Shown here in pieces: positions 51,990-63,950 of a DNA stretch of 64,000 nucleotides (the stretch's first letter is position 1; each line of letters starts with the position of its first letter). The position numbers and the translations under genes were made by a program. Source of the stretch: Cetorhinus maximus (Eukaryota). The stretch is from NCBI RefSeq assembly GCF_964194155.1, contig NC_135891.1, positions 61,876,001 through 61,940,000 of the forward strand, read 5' to 3'. The notes under the pieces were generated by a model. That model saw nothing but the letters and a program-made list of their open reading frames with translations, searched no databases and had not been told where the DNA came from.

Positions 51990-52612
51990 CAGGGTGACCA
52001 ACTCTGATTAAATCCATTCCTAGAAGTTTCTTCACATGGTTTCCCACCTCCAACAGCTCCACTTGGTGAAACTGTTTTCTTCCCCATTTACAATACTGTT
52101 ATAATTAATAATAACAATCAATAAGGGTTCAGGGAAAATGAAATCAGAAGCAACATATTTTAAAGTCTTTATGACTCTTCCCCCAGGCTGCTCACAGCAT
52201 AAAATTTGCCATTCATGAGAAACCAGACGTCTTAAAGCGCTTTACTGCCAATGGAGTATTATTGAAGTGTAATCACTATTGGAATGTAGGAAACATGGCA
52301 GCCAATTTGCCCACAGAAAACTCCTATAAACAGCAATGTAATAATGACCTAGCCCATTTCTGTAATGTTGATTGAATATTGGCCAGGACATCAGAGATAA
52401 CTCCCCAGCTCATTTTTGAAACCGTGCCATGGGGTCTAATACATCCACCCAAGCAAGCAGATGGGACCTCAATTTAACATCTCATTCAGAAGATGGAACC
52501 TCCAACAGTGCAGCATTCCATCAGTACTGCATTGGGAGCGTCAACAGTGTCCAGGAGAATAATTGTGATTTCCTGGAGATTCCAGGACAATCTTCGATGT
52601 TTGCCAACCCTA
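51990..52612. mobile_element. MITE with AGGGT(T/G)(G/A)CCAAC-type termini, split by a Deu-domain SINE (~52205-52545 -)
   Basis: cagggtgaccaac at the left end and gtttgccaaccct at the right end. Superfamily uncertain. Confidence 0.55.
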
Positions 52613-53743
52613 ACTGATCCAACAATGTACACCAACTCTAACTTTAAAAGACCTCTAGAGTGACCATTTTCCCATTGCCTGCTTCACACAATTGGTTCAG
52701 TTCTAAATTTGTGATTAGTTTGTACTGAAGGGCACGCTCACTGAGAACTGGGGTTTTGTCTGAACGAACCCATTTCACTTGAGGGCCTTTACAATTGAAC
52801 AAAAGAGCCTTTCAGAGCCTTAGCCTGGATTAAATTCAATGTTATGTTTTGTGATTCCCATTGGCCACTGTACCCAGAAAGTGAGGTGTGAAAAGTGCCA
52901 GATGCAACATTTTAGAGCCAAAGATAACATGGCATAGATGTTGTAGTGTTCTGTTACTGGACTAGCAATCCAGCAGAACATGAGTTGCAATGCCCCCTTG
53001 GCAGTTTCAGAATTTGAACTTAGTTCTAAAAGACAAAAACCATAAAAGGGACCATGAAACTGTTAGATTGTTGTAAAAGTCCAACTACTTCAAAAATGTT
53101 CTTTTTTAAGGAATGAAACCTGCCGTCCTTACCTGATTTAGCCTAGTTATGAATTCAGTCCTAAAAACACATGTTTGATTGTTACCTGACTTCTGAAGCA
53201 GCCTGGCAACCAACTCAACCCTAGCAACCAGGACCGGGTAAGAAATTCCAGCCTTGCCAATAGCACCAACATCCTGAGAATAGTAATTAAAAAAAGAAGT
53301 GGCCAAGGATGAATTGAAAGATCTAGGGCTAAAAGAAAAAAATAATATATCCAACCCAATGTGGAGCATTGACAAAAAGGCTTGAGTGCACTGAAATGCA
53401 CCCTCAAACTTTAAAAAGGCTCTGATCAGGCCACACCTCGAGTAACGTGTCCTTTTGGGTCGCTGAAATGCACATAAAATATTCAAGATCTGGAGGTGTA
53501 GGAACTGAAGGTATAGCCTCTCCTGCTGTCTATCATGGGTCATGTGATGTTCTTGGAGGCTCCAACCAATAAGGCCTAAGCGCGAGCAATCCGGGGGGGT
53601 AGGGCTTCCTGAGGAGGTTCCTGATCATGCATGTAGCACTTGAAAAGCTCCCTGTAATAAGTTTTATCTGTTGCTCGTTGAAACCTGTCCACTCCGTCAA
53701 GTCATTACAAGAGGCAATGGGGAAACGAGACAATGGGGAATCT

Positions 53744-53841
53744 GAAACAAAAACAGAAAATGCTGGAAAAACTCAGCAGGTCTAACAGCATCTGTGGTGA
53801 GAAAAAGAGAGTTAACGTTTCGAGTCCATATGGCTCTTCTT
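53744..53841 (-). mobile_element. short hammerhead-headed Penelope derivative with 13-bp TSD
   Basis: caatggggaatct (53731-53743) and caatgggaaatct (53842-53854). Reverse complement tgaaga-a-gagcc-atatg-gactc-gaaa-cgttaactc. Confidence 0.85.
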
Positions 53842-54189
53842 CAATGGGAAATCTATTGAGTCAGAGGACTGAGCTTTGAGCAAAAACAAGAGAAACTTGA
53901 GTTTCTCAGCCTTGAGACAAGGAAACTGTGAGGAGACTGCAGACATTGATGAGATTATAAATGGTGTGGATGAGCCAAATGGCATTCGTCATCTGTGTGG
54001 ACCTCTTGAATGATAATGCCTCTCTGACTGACAAACATTCTAATTCATAATGTCCTTTACCAAATAAATGTGAAGAATTGTCATCAGCTGCAACCTGGGG
54101 TGATTACCATCAAAATATCTGTACATCAGACAGTAGTGAGTGTAGAATGAAAGCTAATTAAGGAATCAGACAGTTCAAATAAACAAGGA

Positions 54190-54570
54190 AGTCCTAGAGT
54201 GCTTCACAGTGATTTAAGTACTTTTGAAGTGTAGTCACTGCTTTGATGCACACACATGGTGAAAGAAACAGTGAGATAAATGACCTGATCATCTGTTTTA
54301 GGGTTCAGTTCAGGGTGTAGGCCTGTGAAGTGCCATGTTCTTCTTCAAATGATGCCTTGGGATTTTTTACGTCTGCTTGGGAACAGGGAAGTTGGGCCCT
54401 CAGTTGAATGTCTCATCTGAAAGAGGGTATCCCTGACAGTAAGACATTAAGACACAGACACTAAGGCACAGGAATGGCTACAAATATTAGGTGCTCAAGT
54501 CTCTGGAGAGAGGCAGAAACTCAAGACCTCAGAATCAAGAGTGTTCCCACGGTGCCAAGGCTGACACTTA
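54190..54570 (-). mobile_element. Deu-domain SINE
   Basis: agtacttttgaagtgtagtcactg; gttgaatgtctcatctgaaaga. Confidence 0.75.
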
Positions 54571-56425
54571 ATGATTACCTGGGACTGATTTCCATGTGTG
54601 AAGTTAATAACAGTGCTCAGGTGGGTTTATATACAGTATAATGGACAGCCAGAAACATCGCTCAATTGCACAGCAAGGCATCAGGATACCACAATGCACT
54701 GAGAAAGTCGTACAAATCACAGTAAGGATGACAGATTTCCTTCCCTAAAGGGCATTAGTGAACCAGATGGGTTCTTACAACAGTCATTGCATTGGACTTT
54801 TAATTCCAAATTTTTATTGAATTCAAATTCCACTCTCTACCATGGTGGGATTCTAACCTGGGGTCTCTGGATTACTAGACCAGCGACAATACCACTACGT
54901 CATCACCTCCACTTGGACGCTATGAGGGCAAGGGCAGGACTGGTTGTCACGTAGCAAACGAGAGCACCTCAGTTGAGGGGCTGAAGTTAGTCCCGGTCTG
55001 CATTCCTGCTGGAGTGGTAAGGAGCAAGAAAAGTTGGTGGGTTGATATGTGAGCATGATCTTGAGTCATTTTAGGTCCATGCTCAGATTTTCATGCTGAT
55101 TTTTGGCTGCGCAGGTGTTGAGATCTGTGGGTCTTTACTTCATGCCCTTTCTTCTGCCCATTTTCTCCCTCCTTCCTTCTCAGAAGGAGTTGACACTTTG
55201 CTGCTTCACCACCAAAGTTCCCCCTAAGCTGCACAGCCACAAACTGCAAGTTCCTGCATACAAGTCAACCTCTCTAAGTTACCATGCTGAGAGGCTGTGC
55301 AAAAAAATCTTGAAGGGCACATGCAACAAATCGCACGTGCACTACATAAAAATTAGCAGCACGTTACTCACCAGTCTGTGTGCACAATTCCAGCAAGCAG
55401 TGCAAGTGACCATTATCCGTGTTTCAACCTGGACAGTAAAATTAATCGTCCAACGGCAGAAATGTTACATTTTAATAGCCAGACCCTGACTCCATCCTGT
55501 GAGTTTTAGGCAAAAGAAAAATGCTGCTTCCCATTGTACAAGTGACAGCTAGGTTACAGAGAACTGACATTACACAAATGGAAGTGGAATAATGTTCTCT
55601 TTTTGCACATCTTAACCTGGTCAGCTCCCAACTTGGTCAAGCAGTTCACAGAATATATTTCAGTCAACAGGATAAAAGCTGAATGGAAGAAATGAACCCT
55701 CATCTCCTTTCATAGATTCTTATCTCTTTGAATAATGGAAGCTTTCCACAGTCTTCAAAATACGTTCTCACGTCTACAACACACCAGCTGCATAAGTGGT
55801 TCTTTTAGGTAAATCTCTCATAATATGCAGCACAAAACCTGATTCGAGAAATTCAAAGGATCAGAGACATGTTGAGGTGTACTTTAGTTTGGTCTTCCCA
55901 ATTATTGCTAAAGTGCCATTCCACACAAAGGATCCCACATTTAATCCTTGGTCTGTCTGGGCAGACCTGACCTCACCTGGGATGACAAAGGGTTGAGTAA
56001 GTGCTCCTTGAATTCCTTTATGGTCTCTGGGATGTGACAGTTAGCCAGGTGCCATGTTTTTGACTGACATCCAATGATGCCTGATAGAAAGCGCCTGTGG
56101 ATGGACAGGCTGACTGTTGATTGAAATATATTCTGTGGACATTGGCCATGGCCAATATATGGACGTGGCTGTGATGGCCCTCTGACCAAATAGCTAGCCA
56201 ATGTTGAGTCTTCAAGCCCCACGACAAGTTAAGTGAGATGCCAGACAAGTTAAGTGAGATGCCAGACAGTCATCACTACAAGGGGGGAGGAAAGGGAGAA
56301 CTCACACAAAAGTCATTGAATATTTTTCCACACCTTTGTACATTCATTAAGACTTACAGAATGACAGAACTGTTACAGCACAGAAGGAGGCCATTCGGCC
56401 CATTGTGTCTGTACCAGCTCTCTGA

Positions 56426-56730
56426 AGCACCTTCCAAACCCATGACCACTACCATCTAGAAGGACAAGGGCAGCAGATAGATGGGAACCCCACCACCTGG
56501 AAGTTCCCCTCCAAGTCACTCACCATCCTGACTTGAAAATCTATCACTGTTCCTTCACTGTCGCTGGGTCAAAATCCTGGAACTCCCTTTCTAACCGCAC
56601 TGTGGGTGTATCTACACCACCTGGACTGCAGTGGTTCAAGAAGGCAGCTCACCACCTCCTTCTCAAGGGAAACTAGGGGTGGGCAATAAATACTGGCCCA
56701 GCCAGCCCACATCCCATGAATGAATAAAAA
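56426..56730 (+). mobile_element. second CR1-like LINE 3' end, nested in a HER1-like tail (56360-56425 and 56735-56830, -)
   Basis: HLPNP..LPSRRTRAA...KFPSKSLTILT; the flanking HER1-like tail is collinear. Confidence 0.8.
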
Positions 56731-56907
56731 ATATTCATCTCGTGCCATTTTCCCCATAAGCCTGCACGTTCTTCCTTTTCAGATAACAGTATAATTCCCT
56801 TTTGAATGCTTCAATTGAACCTGCATCCAGAATGTTAATAGGATCCAAGCCTGGTGAAGCAGAAACCAAGACACAGAGCTTTTCTTTATTGAGAGAGTTT
56901 ATTGACT

Positions 56908-57780
56908 TAAAAACAGAAAATGCTGGAAAAATTTAGCAGGTATGGCAGCATCTGTGGAGAGAGAAACAGAGTTAATGTGTCAAGTTCGTATGTCTCTTCA
57001 GAGCTGAAGTGAGGTAGAAATGTGATGGATTTTATATTGTTGAAGAGAGGGGGTGGAGCAGATGGAGCAAATAGTAAGTTAGGGATAGGTGGGAGCTCAG
57101 GAGAGATTTAACAAAGAATTCATGGACATAAGACAAAGGGATTGGTAATGATAGTGTTAAAGACTGAGGCAGGTGCTAATAGTGGTATAAAGGTTAGATA
57201 GCAGAATGTGTTGATAGCACAACAAGGGTCAGCGCTCTCTGAAAACATAAGTTACAGACTGGCCCTGTGGGGCTAGGGGGTTGGGAAAAAAATCACAAGG
57301 GAGGACAGAGTTCATGATCTGAAGTTGTTGAACTCAATGTTAAGTCCAGAAGGCTGCAAAGTACCCAATTGGAAGATGAGGTGCTGGTCCTCCAGTTTGC
57401 GTTGGGCTTCACTAGAGCATTGTATAAGGCAGAGGACAGAAACGTGGGCATGGGAACAGGATGGTGAATTGAAATGGCAAGATTCAGGAAGGTCAGGAAT
57501 ATTTTCGCTCAGTCTGCAAGCATGACACCTTTGTCAAATTTCTCCTTGGCTCCCACCTATACCTGGCCTTCAATTTTGCTCCACCTGCTCCATCTCCTCT
57601 CCTCAACAGTATGAAAACCACCACATTTCTACCTTTCTTCAGCTCTGAAGAAGAGCCATACGGACTGGAAACATTAATTATGCTTCTCTCTCCTCAGATG
57701 CTGCCAGAGCTGCTGAGATTTTCCAGCATTTTCTGTTTTTATTTCAGATTTCCAGCATCTATAATATTTTGCTTTTATTC
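56908..57780. mobile_element. older Penelope inverted pair (56908-~57497 minus, with GIY-YIG C-terminus; ~57521-57780 plus)
   Basis: Minus strand reads CHFNSP...EAQRKLEDQHLIFQLGTLQPSGLNIEFNNFRS. Hammerhead and tail at both outer ends. Confidence 0.85.
57641..57680 (+). ncRNA. minimal hammerhead motif with canonical CUGAAGA core
   Basis: agct-CTGAAGA-a-gagcc-atacg-gactg-GAAA-catt-aatt; stems decayed. Confidence 0.6.
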
Positions 57781-57783
57781 CAC

Positions 57784-57862
57784 GTTTGATATCAGAGTGT
57801 TTGATATCAGAGTGTTTGATATCAGAGTGTTTGATATCAGAGTGTTTGATATCAGAGTGTTT
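57784..57862. repeat. perfect 15-bp tandem repeat GTTTGATATCAGAGT, 5 units plus GTTT
   Basis: Seen directly. Confidence 0.97.
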
Positions 57863-59076
57863 AATAGGAGAGGGTGTTGGAGGTGCTCAGTGGGTCTGGC
57901 GGCATCTGTGGAGAGAGAAACAGCTAGTGTTGCAGATCTGAAACAACGACAATCCTTAACATTGTAATCCAACAAGACATTGATAGATTCTCCTCTTTTC
58001 TTTAAATTAAAACTTTTGAAAGCACAAGAGCAAGCTATCAATAAAACTTAGTTGAAAAGAAGCAAAATTATATATTTTATTTCATCTTCTATGTTTCACA
58101 TTATAGCACAACCAACCATTAACAGATCCCATATTACCCTTTCTTTAAATAACATTTATTTGTTTCTTTAACATTTATGAATAATTATAAAGCAAAAGAA
58201 AATATTGGCTTTCCATGTTCTCATTACAACACAAGGTATCCCTCTTCCAATGCATGTAATAATTTCATGGAGCAAGCATCTATCTTCATAAAACAGTCTG
58301 ACAATTGGTGACTTGCATCCACCCATTTGATTTTGGAAATCTCTCTTCTTTCCAACATTTCCTTTACACTAGCAAGGTCAATCCTCAACTTTTTTCAGTG
58401 ACGCTCTTTGTTATCCACATAGCATTCAATGGGCAAACTTTTCTCAGATTGCACCTTGTATAGGACTTCCTTCAGAATGTTAGATAAGTATACCCCATAT
58501 CTATTGCTTCTACTAGCACCAGTGTTTCAGCAGCTAAGGTGCTTTTAACTACCCTTTGTATTTTCTTGCCTTCCCAGGCAATGGAAAACATTTATTGTTC
58601 TTCCTCACCAAGGATATGATAAACCCTGCTTTGCAACAATATCCATCCGGAAGATTGGCATGTGAAGCATCGCTAAAAATGAATAACTTCATATCTTCTG
58701 GATCACCCAAGGCTGGAAACTTGAGTGTGCATTTCTCTGAATTTAATTTTTTTAATGTTTTATTTGCTCTCAACCTCTTTGACTGTAACATGTTTCATCA
58801 TACTACTCAGTTTCAATACATAAAAACTGGCATCAGGTCTGATGAGTGCACAACCAGTTCAACTGTCCAGCCAAACTTCTGAATTGGTCTGCTTATTCCT
58901 TGGATACAAGACTCTCTCTTTGTGAGGGCTGGCCCAATTCATTGCGGTGAGATTGACATTTTCTCAGTAAGATTGTTGATTCAAGGTCTCTCCCAACTTA
59001 TTGCCTAACCTTCGTGCCTAACCCTATATATTTAAATGCCCCAGAAGCCTGACTTCCAATCTTAAACTCCTTCTTA

Positions 59077-60331
59077 GGGCAGAATCCTCCCAGGTTGCAC
59101 TAAGTGCGGTTGTTAGTGGGTGAAACAACATTTTACCCGCCGGCAGCAATGGCAGCTTTTTATGCTGTATCATCCCAAACCTGTCTCACTAATTATGCAA
59201 TCCCGGGATATGCACCATTTCGATGGTGGGTGGGCTCTAATTTGCCTGCCATGCTGTGACTGTGCCACTTCATCATGCCAGGCACCATAATTAAAGTACA
59301 GCCGCACTCAGAGCTTCCAGCCCAGAACTGCAGCAAAGAAGACATGGTCCTGAGAGGCAAGAAGACTGCAGCCCTCGAGCACCTTTTGGACACCATGGAA
59401 GGCCGCTCTGATGTCCTCTACCCCTGCTCTGGCCACAGGACTGGACAGCAACATTACCACCCCAGCTTGGGAGGTGGTGGCAGTGGTGATCAGTACCAAT
59501 TCTGCACACAAGAGGTTGGCCATCCAATGTAGATAGAGGATGAATGATCTCATCCGTGCAGCCAGGGTATGGCAACCATCTCATCACTCTAAACTCGCAC
59601 ACTCAAACCCATCACACAGTCACTGGCGTCTCATTCACTGCCAGCTCAAGGGACATCATCACCCATTCTCACATGTCCATCTGGCCTCATCTCCTCTGGA
59701 GGCTTCCTCCTCAGCTCTCACCATCTTGAGGACACTTGCATAGATCAACATGTGCCCCCACACACACCCTGGGATACCCTCTTTCCCCAGTACAGCCCTC
59801 ATCCTGCAGCCTTTTCCCTTCCCTGAGGCCACTTCTCCCTCTTCGCCAAGCAAGCCCTAGCCCTGCAGCCATCGAAAAGCCACCCACATATGGCTGACCT
59901 GGTAGGTAAAGATCTGCCATGAGCCCCCTATAAGTGATGTGTTGCTGTAGTGAAGCCTGGCGCTGATGACTGTGAGTGCTGCCCGAAGCAAGGTAGGCAA
60001 ACAAACCTCGAAGTCCCGAGCGCAGTGCAGTCCGCCAAGTGCACACCTTATATATGCTGTTGTGAAACACGTTGGCGCGTTTGCCCGCCGACATGGGTGG
60101 ACGATTCAGCGGGGGATGAGTCTGGCCAGCTGCCTTATAATGATATGCTGATGAATTACAATGAGTTTCCTGACATCCGATGGCAAGAAACGCAGCACAC
60201 CATCAATGGGCTGAGTGGACGATCACAAACTGGCTTCACAACATCGTGAAACTGATTTTTGGACTTCTGCCATATTGTCCGCTCACGCCACCGAACACAC
60301 CCAATGTCAGCGGGCACGGAAAGTCCCGACC
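59077..60331. mobile_element. internally deleted relative of Harbinger B, inserted in the Copia RT
   Basis: TIRs GGGCAGAAT / GTCCCGACC; flanks TTA and TTT; both ends align to 18230-18900 and 22950-23258; keeps Myb exon 1. Confidence 0.9.
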
Positions 60332-60670
60332 TTTATTTTAATTATCACCCATTGCTCAAATTCTGCAGAACCACCTCATAGGAAATCATCAACATGCATC
60401 TTAATGGTGCCTGCTGGTTTCTCCTTGTGATACCAGTAGAATATTGCTGGGTCTGCCTTTAGCTAAATACAACCTGTTTTCAGTAGGACAGGTCTTCCTG
60501 AGAAGTACCACACCTTTGATACATCATTCAGCCCATAAACACGCTTGTTTAATTTCCACAGTTTCCCTCTATACCTGTATTGTCAGTTAGGAATTTAGCA
60601 GGTGCTCGCAGTCCAATTCCTATCCATTTTTCCAATATCATGTCCAGAATTTCATTTTTGTCTTTACTAT

Positions 60671-62430
60671 GGGCCGTAGCATACAAGCTCCCCAGCATCG
60701 GATTTGGGGAGTACTCCAAAGATGCGCTGGGGAATCCCTCTGGGAGGCTCCCAGGTAAGGGTTTGCACGGCAATTGCCCAGAAGTGCACATTTCCTCTGG
60801 ACAATTGCGCTGCACTGGGAACCATCTAAAAATGCAGTTTAAATCGCTAACTTCAGATAGCTCCACTGGGATTATACCAATACTTACTTGGAAAAAGTTA
60901 GAAGAATTAAAACCTATTCTTACTTCTGGGTACCTATTGTAAAGACCCAGACTGACCTCACAGGACTCCCCCACACTCCCCGCCCCGGCACTACACACCC
61001 ATCCCCCCACCCACCACCCACCCAACCCCCACCCCTCAACCTGCCAAACCCTGGCCTCCAAACTCTAACGCCCCCCCAACCTTCAATCCCCCACCACCCT
61101 GACCTCAGACAACACCAACTCCCACCCGACTTTGGACCGCCCCCCGGATATTGGACCCCCTCCGTTCCCAAACCCACTCCCCCAGACCTCGGACACCAAC
61201 TCCCCAACAATCCTATCCGGACCTCGGAGCATCCCCCAACCCACCCCAGACCTCGGGCCTCCCCACAACCCCTCCTGGATCTTGGACTTCAGACCCCTCT
61301 GCACTCCCGGACCTCCAACCCAGGTCCCTTGGACCTCCGATTCCCTCCACCCTCCCCGGACCTCGGAAACCCCTGGACCTCAGACCCCCACCCTGTTCTC
61401 CGACCCTCCCTCCAGACCCCTACACACCCCCGGACCTCGGACTCCCCCCAGCCCCCTGGAACCCAGACCCACCCCGGACCACGATCGCACCCCCACCCCC
61501 AAACCACTGACACCTCCCCACCCCATACCTCAGGCTTCCCCCCTCCCGCCCTGCCGGACCTTGGACCCTCCCAACAGGCCTTTGACTGCCCCACAACCAT
61601 CCCCCGCCCCGGCCCTAGGCTCCTCCCCACCCCGCCGGACCTCCCATCCGCTCCTGTACCGCTGAACCCCCCCCACCCGCTGTGGACCTCCAACCCAGAC
61701 CCCCTGGACCCCTGGCCCCCAGCCCCCCCGCATCTCTAAACCTCCCTCCGCCAGACCTCCCATCCTTCCACAACCCCTGGACATCCAAACCCCCACCACA
61801 CCACCCAGACTCCCACCCCCAGCTGACCTTGAACCGCCCCCATGCCTCACCTCTGATCTTGGACCCCCCTCCCACCCCCTCAAACCTCTGAACCATCCCT
61901 GGCCCTTCGACCTCATCCCTCCGGACCTCTGACCCCACTCCCCCCCCCCGGACCTCTGACTACCCCCCATGCCCTCGGACCTCAATCCCCCACCCCTGGA
62001 CCTCCGATTCCCCCCAACCCCTCCCCGGATCTCGGCTCCTCCCCGCTCCCACCCCCACCCCCAATGGGTTTCCAACCCTCCCCCTGCCATCACTGGACCT
62101 CCAGCTGACCTCCCCATCCTGACCCCGGACACCCCCAACGCCCAAATGCTATCCTCAAACACTCTCCTTCCCCCTGGCCTGGCAATTTCCCTGGCCCTTT
62201 AAACTTACCTGCTTTATGGCAGCAAGTGCCCTAAAAAAGGGTGTGTGGCATCCTTGAACCCACTGGAGCTACACTTTGCTGGGGCCTGCAGGGAGTCTTT
62301 CGATGCAGGCCCCAGGCAGTTCTGTCGAATGGAAGGGTCAGCATAATTTTCAAGGCCAGGTAAGTGAGTGTTTATTTCTTTTCATCCCTGTGGGCCAGCA
62401 CTTTCCGATTCTAATTGAAAGTTACAGCCC
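60671..62430. mobile_element. non-autonomous Harbinger-type element with C-rich minisatellite, inserted in the Copia integrase
   Basis: TIRs GGGCCGTAGC / GTTACAGCCC; TAT TSD. Removing it rejoins LLAVI to HSKDK. Confidence 0.85.
60960..62160. repeat. degenerate C-rich minisatellite (ggacctc plus C-runs)
   Basis: Dozens of (g)gacctc/gacccc cores separated by C-runs; extreme strand skew. Confidence 0.9.
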
Positions 62431-63318
62431 TATATATTACTGCTAAAAGACTGAATCTAGTTGCCATGTCTATGCAGTGTAAGAGAAAGTTGTTTTGTTC
62501 TTACCCCATACATTTGCTACAACTTCATTAAAGTCTCTTGATAATGGAGGCCTCACTAGTATGGGCTTTGATGGTGCCCCCCTATATTTTTACATGCATC
62601 ATATTTCTTATTAATCTCTTCTGTAAGTTTAGTATATTCATTATCCAGTATCCCTGCATCCTTTAGTAGGATTTTTAACCTCTGACAAGATGGATGGGCA
62701 AATTGCCGATGTAGTTTTAAAACAATTTGCCTCTTTTCCTTTAAACTCCTACCCTTGATGTCATTAAGACTTCTTTAACATTTTGATTAGAGATGTTAGG
62801 TCTTGTCAGGGGGTACAATAATGTCCCAATTGGATAAACTGTAAATCAACAGATATCTCAAAAGCAATTGTTGCGTATCTAATTTCATTTAAGCCTTTTT
62901 AATAGACATCTTACTCAACATTATGGGCATTTCACTGGGTACCACAGTTATGCTGATGAATGGTTTACACATTACATGGAATCACCAGTCTTTTTAGTGA
63001 CTTTCACACATTGTCATCCCAGAACCTGAAGCATGTAGTACTTTCAAATTCTTTAATCTTACCTCGGCCTTTACTATTTAGAGAATCCAGGTAACTTTTT
63101 AACCAATCCACAGCACACACTGTGGACATGCACACAGTATCTAACACAATCCAATTGAATGAAACCACAACTAGAACATTCAATACCGGACTAAAGCTCG
63201 TATTGACCAGTACAATTCTTTCTGACTGACCTGTATCATCATCATCCCCTTCCGCACCTTCAACGTCATGTGTTATTTCAAAAGCCCTGTTATTCTGCCT
63301 CGGACAACTCATCACATA

Positions 63319-63950
63319 GGGGAGGATTTTCCCCTCTTCGGGTGGGCCCGGGATTGGGCTCCAACTGCGATTTCATGCTGGCTGGCTAAGAGCACGCTAA
63401 GAGCCTCAGCGCTGACGGGGTGGGGGGTGGGAGGAGCGCAAGTGCAGAATTGTGCCCATGCACGGGGGAGTGTGTACTGACAGCTCCCTGAAGGCACAGA
63501 GCTGCCTCAGGGAGCTGACAGGTTTTAAATACAGAAATAAACATTTTGCATATGACATAAACATGTCCCCACATGTGATCAGTCACATGGAGAGAGACAT
63601 GTTAAAAAGGAGGTTAAAAAATGTTTATTTTTTTTTTAGTAAGCGTTGGAAACCTCATCCCACGCTGGGTGAGGTTTCATTAAAAATGCAAAGGCTGCCT
63701 GGCCTATTCGCCCGTCCGCCAACTGAACGGTTGAGCGAGCAGTGAAAAATACAACTTAATTAATTACTTAAGGGCCTTAATAGGCCTCTTAATTGTCAGC
63801 GGGCGCGCTGCTGCCTCTCGCATGTGCCCGCTGACCAAAAGATTGCGAGAGTGCGAGTAACATCGGGACACTCGCGTGATGTCATTGAGCACTATTTCAC
63901 CATCGTTCAGGTCGGGCGTGTGCCCACCCGCGGGACGATAAATTCTGCCC
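63319..63950. mobile_element. Harbinger MITE related to element A, inserted in the Copia zinc knuckle
   Basis: TIRs GGGGAGGATTTT / AAATTCTGCCC; flanks ATA and ACA; 63770-63880 resembles 15040-15150. Confidence 0.85.

Noticed and set aside
55103-55489. 128-aa ORF (and 15706-16092, 51583-51942)
   Set aside because: Non-ATG or weak starts, no recognisable domain, and lengths expected by chance.
56223-56268. 21-bp direct repeat
   Set aside because: Simple local tandem duplication inside a SINE-like sequence.
57784-57862. CRISPR-like array
   Set aside because: No spacers, no cas genes, eukaryotic context.
57960-58215. 3' LTR and polypurine tract of the Copia element
   Set aside because: Two candidate purine tracts (~57990 and ~58140), and no second LTR in the window to confirm either.
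60888-62202. Long Pro-rich and Gly-rich ORFs (283, 210 and 177 aa)
   Set aside because: Products of the C-rich minisatellite; open in several frames because stop codons are compositionally rare.
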